Of a stretch of 64,000 bases of DNA, positions 54,087 to 64,000 are shown one piece after another. The notes under the pieces are model-generated. The model was not told the DNA's origin. It was given only the letters and a program-made list of their open reading frames with translations, and made no database searches. Where the stretch lies: positions 1,054,001-1,118,000 of the forward strand of contig MU006095.1 in NCBI GenBank assembly GCA_010093705.1, written 5' to 3'. This DNA comes from Patellaria atrata CBS 101060 (Eukaryota). The translations under genes and the position numbers were made by a program. The stretch's first letter is position 1, and each line of letters opens with the position of its first letter.

Positions 54087-56543
54087 ATGGCGCATGTCAA
54101 GGTTCCCATGAGCTTATCCCCGCCACCACCACAACCTCCTCAACCTCAACCTCAACCTCAGTCAGCATCTGTCTCTTCATCTTCTCCAGCTCCGTCTCGT
54201 TCAGCTCATCCAACACCCCCTGCGCCCCCGTCTGGTAAACCTATTCCCTTTTCTGGTCCTCATAAGAGAGCTAGAGAAGAGGAAGATGAGCCTTCATTTC
54301 GTGCCGTACCCCAGAGGTAAGATATCAGACGCCTATTCTTGGTATCCATTCTTGTCCTGAACGACCAGTAGTAGGAAACGCGCGTCAATCGCGTGTGAGA
54401 TCTGTCGGCTTCGTAAGACGAGATGTGACACAGGAAAACCAAGTTGTTCTTTTTGTACCCAGCTAGGGGTCGAATGTGTTTATAGAAAACCAGTCATTGA
54501 AAGAAAGTATGTCTTCCAATTCTTGCCATAACCCTCGTAGCAACTTTCCTATCCAATTGTGCGTGCTTTCTGTCTGTCTCATATGGAATATTGTAAAAGT
54601 TAGCGGCACAGTTATATGAGTTTCTCAGGGGCTGTGGCGCCTTGCAGCTTTGAGTAACTCGACCGGCATGAAATTAGCCCTATCCCCGTATCCCCTTTCA
54701 ATTGAGTCTGCTATAGCCTTTTCCTACTCTCTCCATTCATCTAAACCCTCTATATCCGGAGAAGCCAAAAGTAACCCGTTTATCTTAAGATCTGACCTCG
54801 ACAGAATCGAGCAGGAGTCAGCTGAAAATCCCTTGGGGAAGATTGGCAACCGCTTAGATCGTATCGAACAACTACTGTTGGACGCTTCCTTTAGATCGCA
54901 ACCGTTTCCGGGACAACAAGTTGCTCCACCGCCACCTCCACCACCTCAATTTGCTCATGGAAATGGTGTGATATCACATTCAAGACCAGTCTCTCAAGCT
55001 CAACATATCATTCCCGAGTCGATCTATCAGGCACCGAGGATTGGGCCACAGACCGTCACTTTCAATGCAACTGCACCATTTAAGGGGTTAGGTCGTCTAC
55101 CTAACCAAAACAGTCCTCCGGAATTAAGTCCGCTGGAGCAAGATGATAGCGAAGGTTTCTTAGAACGTGAATTACAACAGGGTGAAATTTTGACACATGC
55201 CGGGAATCCCGATGATCTAGATCTATCTCAACGAACTTGTTTAAGATTGGAACAGTCTTTTGCTAGATTTGTTCTTCCGTGGTTTCCCTTATTCGACCCT
55301 GATACCTGTGTCGAACAAATCACTCAGACCATTAATCAGGGGTTTGGACTTCCGACTTTATATACAAGCTTTACCCTATTCGTCCTTGCTCTTGGCGCTC
55401 TAGCAAAGGCGGATCACCATACCTCGGATGCTGCTCATGAACTACCTGGTTTAAATTATTATCTAGCCGCTTGTCGAGGGATGAAACAAAATTCGGGCCA
55501 GTATACAATTGTCGCCGTTCAGGGTATGATACTAAAATCGTAAGTAGACCGATCACGTGTCGCTTCCGTACAGGATTGTGTTATATACCCCTATTCGGTT
55601 GTCGAGTTGCAAGCTAAGACTCTACAGCTTGTACTTACTCCTGGCTTTGCGGACATTCCACGCCCGAGAAACAGTCAACACCGCTTTACAAACCCTAATC
55701 CCCATCCTACACCTCAAAGCCCGACTCCAAGCCGATGTCCGACTGCGCGAAGCATGCCACCGCGCCTTCTGGGCCTGCTACATCATCATCCGCGAACTCG
55801 ACTTCAGCATCTTCTCCGCCATCGACTCTCCCTTCCTCCTCGAAGACGCCCTCCCCCTCCCCTACAGCGACCGCGACGAACCCGGCCTAGCCAAATTCCT
55901 CAACCTGATCGAATTCAACCGCAAAACGACCAGAGCGGCACTGACGCGCCTAACGCAGGATAACTCGGGTGTCGAAGACCTGCTCGAGGAGTACAAGGAG
56001 TGGTACCGCAATTTGACGCCCAGCGTTGCGTTTCCCCTAGGTACGAGTCTCATCCTCGATCCGCAGAAGGCGTATATGCGCACGCGGTATGATTCCGTCG
56101 GTGTCATGATTTCTTGGACCGCGGTGTTGAGGTATGCGACGCCGGGGCTTGAGAGCGAGAGTGAGAGGGAGAGGACCCTCAGGGATGCGCAGCAGGCGCT
56201 TGATTTTGCCGTTTTGTATATTTATGCCTCCGAGAGCTTGGTGTTGGAGAGACATGTTATGCTTTTTGCCAATTTGACTGGGTGGGTTTATATTTCTTTA
56301 AGACAATATCTTGGCGGGGGGTATCCAAGTGCTGACTGAATTTATAGGTTGTTCGTCGTGTCCATGTGTCTCCTAACCACCTTCGCCATCCCGGCCCTCA
56401 AGGCCCCGGATCACAGAGGCGCCATCCCCGCCATCCATAAGGCGCATTCTTTACTCAGTGTCTGGGCCGCGAATCCGAGCGTTGCGGCGAATTTGAGGCG
56501 TATGGAGGACTTTATGGCGAAGGCGAGATTGAGTCCGGAGTAA
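54087..56543 (+). CDS. Zn(II)2Cys6 transcription factor, 5 exons
   Basis: Exon 2 encodes RKRASIACEICRLRKTRCDTGKPSCSFCTQLGVECVY; the middle homology region contains RAFWACYII; introns at ~54317, 54507-54789, 55540-55627 and 56282-56347. Confidence 0.9.
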
Positions 56544-57067
56544 CTGGGGGTTTGTTGGGCTTTTTGGAGTTGGGGAGCGTGCTGGGTTTGAGATGAGGTA
56601 TGATTGTTCTTTTGACTTTGGGGGCAGGTGGGCGTGAGAGGGAGATATAGGAGATATAGGATTTGATGGAATGGGTAGGATATGCTGGGATAAGTTAGGA
56701 ATATACATATATACACTTCAGACATGTTTTAAATAAATCTCGAATGGGATTCTTCCATCCGTCTCCTCTCTGTTTTTAAGCGACACTTGTTTCTGATGGA
56801 AAGCTAACACAGTTCTATCCGCTTAGGGGGGTTACGGTGTTGGATCATCGTGTTTGCGAGGGGATATGCACACGTGGTAGGAAAGGGGGGGTATCAAGTG
56901 GGTATGCAATCGATTCTATCCCATTCTATCCGATTCGGTTTAATTCAATTCAAGTTAAGATAAGATGGATAACAACAGCCGGCCTTGCTCCAACTTGATC
57001 CGAACCACCCCCATCCGATCCGCGCAGAATCGACTACTCGAAGACACCATATTGGCAGTCCACAGCG

Positions 57068-58857
57068 TCAAGGTGTCCTCCCCGTCAAGATCCACGCCCG
57101 TTCCTCCCAAAACGCAGAACCGATGATATCGACGTGTTCGACCACTATCCGCGCTCTCTGCCGCCTTTTTAAGTCTTTTTGCGCGGCGGTTTTGGAGGGC
57201 GCTGGGGTTTCTGCTTCGTGCTCGTTCCCTTCAACACCCGCGACGGAGGGTATAGGAGCGGAAGGAGAGGTGGAGGGGGCAGGTGCTCCGGGTATGTCTC
57301 CTTGCTTTTCTGTGGGTTCGAGAGGGGCGGGGCATGCTGGGGGAAAGTCTCTAGAGGTGGGAGGAGGGGGCGCGCTGGATTTGGTGTTGAAGGAGGGATT
57401 GTTTGGGAAGTTAGGGAGGTTGAGGTCTGCGAGCACGGTTGCGAGGAGGGATGATGGGGTTAGGGATTCTGCTGTCGATTTGGGGGGAGGGGTTGGCGTT
57501 GGGTACTGGATGTGTTAGATTGGGGCATTACGGGCCGAAGAGGGGAGGGAAAGGGGGGGGATTAAAGGCAAGGGATTAGGTAAGGGAAATAGGGAGGCAA
57601 ACATACAGATCTAAACACCACGCTTCCTTTCCGGAAAATCTCGGGTTCGTTGTTGTAGTTTATCCCGAAGCGGGAGAAGAGGATTTCGTTCTTGTCTTTG
57701 GCGAGCGTGCCCTTTTGGGGAGGGGTTTGTCAGTTTCATCACACGCCAGAAGCAAACAAAAAAAATAGAGGTTGGGAAGGGGATGACGAAGGGATGGAGT
57801 AGAAGAATAAGGGGGGGATGATACGTACCGCAAGCTCCCGTTCCGCATCCTCGTTATCCAAGCCTCCTTTCTTGATGAGGGCCCAGAAGGTGGTATTATA
57901 GAGATTATTCACATGGCCTTCGCACACACAACATCAGTCCAATACCCAACACAAACTAAACGACCGACAGTAGAGACACGTACAATCGACCTGCCTCCAA
58001 CTCATGTAATCCCGCAAGTTCTGCAGACTGGGATACACGACCGCGCGGCCGTCGAAGGTGGGAAGTGGGGGTTCGAGCGGCGAGGAGGGGAAGAAAGAGA
58101 GCCAGTGGTGGATGTAGTAGGCACTGAATGTTGAGACTATTGTGGAAACTAGTTTGCTGGGTGGGGTGTTAGATGGGTCTTTTCTTGTATAAAAGGAGCC
58201 GGGGGTTAAGGTCTGGAAAAGGGTTTTTTTCTTTTTACCTCTTTCGACGCTCGAAGAGGGTGCAAGATTTGTGGAAGACGAAACTGCGGTATATCAGTTT
58301 TCTACCTTCATGAAATTATATAGGAATTGGGCATATATTCGATACGCGATATTTTAGACCTGAATGTTTTTATGTCAGGTTGAAGGAAAACGCACCTGTA
58401 CTCATCGCTAACACCATACGCAACAACGATATCGGGAAGCTCCTTCATCACTGATTTGGCGGACTCGTTCATCAGGTCGAGTGCCCGTCGATCATTAGGT
58501 TTTCCGAAGTTATATTTCTTTGCGAATCTAGTAACCGAAATTTATTCAGAAGGGATATTGATAAATCGTCACGTGGGATATCGGACACCATGACTGAGTG
58601 AAGGAATTATAGAGTATAGAAAGAGAATGAGAGCAGAGACTGTGAATGAAGAAAAGTAATGATGGAGAATATCTTTAAATGCGAATAGAGATCGAGCAGA
58701 CGCACTTTGTGAAGCTTCTGCCATCGATGCGGACAACGATCCACGTATTTGGGAGTAAGTTGTCGGGCTGTTCGAAAAAGCGTACATATTCATATCTGTA
58801 GTTAACTTAGTATTCTGTTATCTTAACTTTTTGTATTACGGACTTTGAGTTTGCCAT
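57068..58857 (-). CDS. THG1: tRNA(His) guanylyltransferase, about 8 exons (largely missed by the ORF track)
   Basis: Spliced [55 protein letters not shown]...[12 protein letters not shown]...[11 protein letters not shown]...[21 protein letters not shown]...[15 protein letters not shown]...HVDII..FW. Confidence 0.96.
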
Positions 58858-59101
58858 TGATTATTTGGGTTGCGGTTCATTCTGTGAGAGAGAATGTAGA
58901 GAAGAGTGCATGTAGGTTGGTCAGATTAGGCGAGTGTTTAGGAAAGGACATAACGTATAGTCAGGGTACGGAAGTTGAAATTTATATAACACGTCACGAT
59001 CAATCGTGAAATACTCCGTGGTATTAAAGTATGGTAGTAATGTTTAGCTATAGTAGAGCAAGCCCAACACTGTCATCTTAGGAATGCATCAACAGCACCT
59101 A

Positions 59102-62100
59102 TCAATTCCCTACCGCCAAGCGCTCTTTATTACCCTCATTATCAGATTCATCATCCGTCACCTCACTAGCAACGCTCTCATTGACACTGGGAGCCTTTTC
59201 ACCCTTCTTCCCAATTCTCTTCAAGCTGCCCCAACTGAGGCCACTACTTCTATTCCCACTACTCCCCGTAGCGCTAATCTGCGGGCTACCAGTTCCACTA
59301 TCCGTGCTTTGTTTGTGCGCTGGATTACCTCCATCCTCATCCGTCTCATCTGGAGTACCAACCTCACTCGCCTTCTTCGAGAACAACCCTCCCTTTGCAT
59401 TGAATTTGAATTTGCTTGAACTGGACTTGCGTGAAAGTTTTTGCATGAGGGATTCCTTACCACTATTTGACGCAAACGGAGTTAGGGATTCTGAAGGAGT
59501 GTTGGAGACTGAACGTTCTAGAGAGTCGCGCGATTCATTTATGGAATCGGCAGTGGAGATAGAACGACCATCTTTGGATTGCCGAGAATGCGGCGGAGAT
59601 ACGTCTTCCTCCTTATCTTTGTCCTCCTCTTTTTCTTTCTTACTCTTCTTATCCCGGGAGAAGAAGCTTTTGCTCTTGAAATTAGGAGCAGCAGGATTAA
59701 GCTTGGGAGGAGTAGGCGGAACATTGGCGGAAGAAGACGATGGGCGAGTGCCGATAGGTGCTTGTGTTGGAGATGCCTTGACTTGATCCAAAACTTCATC
59801 ATCGCCTTCAACGAACGAAGCTTCGTGAACAAGGTTAGTTGACGAACCGTATTGAATTGATGGACGGCGGGAAGGGTGGCGGGACCATGAGTTAGTTGTT
59901 GTTGTGGCCCAATCAGGGCCTAAAGGGCTATTCCTTTGCTGTAAACCTTCAATTGGCCAACCGAAACGTGTTTGGCTCTCTGTAGATGGCCGAGGTAAAA
60001 CGTTTTCGAAAGAGCTCGTCGAAGCTGGACGGGGTGAAGAAGGTCTTCCGAAACCGAGAGAAGATGGAAGCCAAGGACCGTCCTTAGTGGCGAACATATT
60101 GAAAGGTCTCCGTCGTGGAACTATCTGTTTTGGACTGGCTGTGGAAACTACTTCTCTGGCCCTGCTAGAGGAGTCCGCACCACGTGAAAATGCATTCGAC
60201 ATCTGACCCAGTTTGTAGTCCATCCAGCTCCCCGAATAGCTACCCCTGCGGAGTTGAGCATCAATAGCTTCTTGCGGGTCTTGTCTAGGCAGCGATTGAC
60301 TCTGGGTGCCCTTTAGTGACCCAAGAGGAGGACCATCGTCAGATGTTGTCTTGCCCCTAGGCCGAATACCCAACATACTAGCAAACCTTGATGTTCCTGT
60401 TGTAGTACCCAGATTACGAAAGGAGCCACTGGCGGACCTAATAGACCTCCGATCACTCTCCGTAAATCCAGCAGAAGGTTCAAAATTAGCTAGATTATTC
60501 GAGCTTTCCCTTGGACTTGCAAATGGTGAAGGACTGTGTACAGATATCGGCGAACTAGGTCCATGTGCCGTTTGCTCCCAAGCTTCTCGCGCTCCAAGGC
60601 CGGGTAATGCACCAAGACCTGGAAACACATTTGGTTGATTTGTGGCCATCGGCGGAGATCCCGAGCTTTTGGAGGATACCTCACCGCCTAACTGAGGGTC
60701 TTCATTCTCCTCAGGACCACTGTGATCGTTTTCATCGCCAAACAACCCGGATGGGAGTAGTGCGCCTGCAGCAGGACTCATGGGTGCACCACCAGTCAAA
60801 CTCTCGATCTCCGCATGGGACATGGAAGTCACCGGAGTCAGACCATGTAAGGCCGACCCATTATTGATATTGAAGAACGGGGTAGTGGATTGGAAATTTG
60901 GAGAGATACTTGATATACTGGAATTGAACGGAGCCACAGAAGACATCGCGAATCCCATAGAAACCGCATCATCGCGGATGTTCGTAGTTCGACGTCGTTG
61001 GCTGGTCCTTCTCTCAGGGGGGATTTTCATGGCCGATGCACGGTTGAACATGTGGGGTTGGCTACCGCGTCTGGTGGTCAAGTAATCTAGCTGTTGCTGG
61101 GCTCCCTCATGAATAGCCTGAGCTTGCTGTAATCCAGTCCATGTAGCCGCATAACGCTGTTGAAGATCTTGAAGTCTTGTCTCCCATTGTCGCTGCTCGA
61201 GGATAGGATTGGGTTCCACGTTCTTCAGCGCTGGACTACCATCTTCTTCGCCCTCTACCCTCTTTCTCTCCTCCTCTAGTTCCTTGATTTGCATTCCTTT
61301 TTCGCGAATCTCATCTTCCAACTGTTTATTGATGCGTTGCTCTTCAGTATGCTTCTCGCGAAGCTCCTGAATTCTGTCTTCTGTAGAGTGCTGTAACTCC
61401 TCCTTGGCCTCTTGTAAACGCTCAACTTCAGCTCTTAATTCGGTCATTTCACGTTCCCAACGTTCCATATCATCATGCATCTTTTTCCTCTCATTTTGTT
61501 TCTGGATCAATATCCTCTCCTTATTGTTCCTCTTCGTTTGTGCAGCAGCAATCTGTCTCTCCAATGCGGCGACCTGTTTTCTGAGATCCTTGCTATTGTC
61601 TTCCCGAACTTTAAGCTGCTCCCTCAACTCATCTCGTTCTTTTAACAGATTGGCCCTCCCTTCTTGGAATTCCTCTTCATCATCGGCGATCTGAGTTTCC
61701 AGCTCATCATTTTCACGACGCAAATTCTCTAGCTTTTCAGTTAACTGCTGGACAGTTCCTCCCCCTTCAATGGAATCTTCCCGTGATTCACCGACTCCAA
61801 TAGCGGCTGGCGAAGAGCGTCTGAGACCGGTACGTCGGCCTGGAATTTGGTTGTTACTATGCTCTCGTACCATCGCGGGAGGTGATACTATTGAGAGTGA
61901 TGTCTCAAACATAGGTTTGTACGGCTGAACCTGGGGCGGCGAGGAACAATCACTATGCTCGGTTCCTGATATTTCTCCACTCTGCGTTATTGGATTAAAA
62001 TGATCATTGGAAGAATGTGGACATGTCTTTACGCGTAATGGAGCGCTTGCGGCCTGGAAATTTGTGGAGTTGATGGCAGCAACCCGCACCACATACGAGT

Positions 62101-62610
62101 GATTGGGTTTTAAACCTGTTACAGTAATCCAATTATGTTGTTTAGATACCTCTCCGACTGTATTACGATTTTATTAGCAAGAGAATGTGTTAACATGTTC
62201 GCTTCCAGATAGCGTACCGACAATCCCGTTAAGCCGCACCTGGTACTTTACAACACCACTTCGTCCATCGGGGGCCTTCCAGTGCAGTATTATACCGTCC
62301 GCTTTTATACCAGCAAGAGCAACTTCTGGGGTAACAGGGACTTCGAGACCAAGGAGTGTGATAAGCTCGTCAACAGGCTTCACAAGGACAAGATAAGAGC
62401 GATAGAATAGCCTAGGATATTGAAGAGTCAGCAGGGTATGTTTACAGGAAGGTATGGGGATTCCACGAGCAAGAAGGGTATTCAAACTCACCAGAGTAAA
62501 GCGGCAATGGTGCATATTGTTCGAAGCCATGAAGAAGTGAAATAAGTGAGAGTCTCCATGCTGTCGATGCCATCAGCACGCCAATGGACGAACTGCGAAG
62601 TGGAGGTCAT
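59102..62610 (-). CDS. Fibronectin type III and coiled-coil protein with an N-terminal hydrophobic segment; two 5' introns
   Basis: Spliced TICTIAALLW|LFYRSY...LHWKAP...KYQVRLNGIV|VGEV...ITVTGLKPNHSYVVRVAAINS (FN3), then a long E/K/Q/R coiled coil and an S/P-rich tail. The start could instead be ATG 62559. Confidence 0.82.
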
Positions 62611-63390
62611 GGATGGCCTTTGTTGTCTTTTTATGTCATCTTGAAGTTTGAAGTTTATGATCGAGTGGTGACAAGCGGATGTAGTCTGCTAACCGTGGTA
62701 CTCGGTTTGTTGTTCGAAAGACTGGAGGTCGATGAAGTGTATTTGGTGTAGTTTGAATATTAGCAAAGGCGGTGGCACTTTTTTTGGTGGGCGTTGAAAG
62801 CTTTCTCGTGGCCGATCTGCCGCATGCATGAGACGATGAGCTGCCCGCTTTCCGCCCATGCATAAGGCCAGAATAAGGGCGCCGTATGACCAAAATCGCC
62901 GGACCAAACCCCCCAGCCTAAAGAGCATAAAGTGCATTCCAACAACTCAACAATCTGTTCACCAACCTCCTCCCTCTTCTGAGAAACTGCCTGTATTTCT
63001 ATTTTCTTCAAATTGTTCACATAGTTACCATCAATTGACACTTACATTTGACACTTTGACAGCAGAATTCGGACACCTCCGAGTATCCCTGCGCCAATTC
63101 TGATACCTTGCACTGTTCTTGGGTGACGGCATAATACTGCAAGGGCACAAGGGCACCTCGGCCCACCAAACTATCTCATCATCCCATGACCTTCAGCTGA
63201 ACTCCGTGATATCTCTATAAACTATCCTACAAGTCCCAGGAGGCCTCCTTGACTTACCACATACCCAACCAACACCTCCTGTCCACATTCTGCGCATACA
63301 CATCTTCCGACTAGCACATATCCCGATTACCTTCGGGGCCCTGCACCCACCCCATTCCTGTCTGCCTTAAGACACATCTTCTTCGGGGAT

Positions 63391-64000
63391 ATGAACTACG
63401 TGCGCTCCACCTTTGGCTCAGTCTCGAAGACATGGAATTCTATAAATCCAGCTACGCTCAGCGGTGCTGTCGATGTCATCGTTGTTGAGCATGAAGATGG
63501 TAGGCGAACCCGCATATCAAATCCCAGTCAGGCTGTGAGTTACTGACGAAATTACGTTCAGGTACACTAGCATGCTCTCCCTTCCACGTACGATTCGGCA
63601 AGATCTCTCTCCTACGACCGTACGATAAGAAGGTCGAGTTTACGGTCAATGATGTAAAACAGGATTTTCCCATGAAACTTGGGGAAGGTGGAGAGGCCTT
63701 TTTTGTCTTCGAGACATCTGCCAGCATCCCGGAGGATTTACAGACATCTCCTCTCGTTTCCCCAGCTTCCAGTCCTGAACCACGGCCAGTTGAGGTTGTA
63801 ACTCCCACACAAGAGCTTCCAGAGCCAGATCTTCTGGACATAACATCTGAGAACAGGCTACCTAGTTTGCGAAGGAACACCACATCACTCAATGCGGAGT
63901 CGATTCTTGCATTGGACAGTAGTGCTAAGAGCAGATTCGATCTTCCTAGGCCAGTTTCCGGTGACTGGTCTGGCCATATACCTTCGCATTTTGAACGTTC
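63391..64000 (+). CDS. PAH1: Lipin / phosphatidate phosphatase (Pah1/Ned1/Smp2), 5' part; intron 63500-63561; runs off the right edge
   Basis: N-LIP domain MNYV...WNSINPATLSGAVDVIVVEHED|GTLACSPFHVRFGK...MKLGEGGEAFFVFET. Confidence 0.95.

Noticed and set aside
54507..54789. Unusually long intron as a possible nested (twin) intron
   Set aside because: Removing an internal GT...AG unit does not recreate a donor site.
51520..56543. A trichothecene or other secondary-metabolite cluster
   Set aside because: There is no terpene cyclase, PKS, NRPS or P450 nearby, and TRI12-family pumps are widespread outside clusters.

Overview
Eukaryotic DNA from a filamentous ascomycete (Pezizomycotina-type), judged by short GT-AG introns with CTRAY branch points and typical fungal gene families. 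I can support about 23 protein-coding genes: a Trk K+ transporter (partial), a spartin/senescence-domain protein, a bZIP factor, a GH5 exo-beta-1,3-glucanase, an SRA/YDG protein, RRP7, CDC20, a Kelch-BTB protein, L-arabinitol 4-dehydrogenase, a C2/Munc13-homology protein, an INO4-like bHLH, a group III hybrid histidine kinase (NIK1/OS-1), NUP85, an Artemis-like nuclease, a TRI12-family MFS pump, a Zn2Cys6 factor, THG1, an FN3/coiled-coil protein, lipin PAH1 (partial) and a few unknowns. Most of the window is ordinary core genome. The exception is a gene-poor, accessory-looking interval at about 12.7-18.5 kb. It holds (i) a clean 4-exon, 399-aa gene that fuses a Cys-His papain-like domain (DUF7689-like, from memory) to two copies of a helical module, a candidate fused toxin-inhibitor or conflict system, and (ii) a ~200-nt structured RNA polymerase III-type unit (A box, B box, T7 terminator) that cannot fold as a tRNA. 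GC-rich pockets with a strand-symmetric C-rich then G-rich flip recur across the window. All exon boundaries were read by eye and no searches were run.
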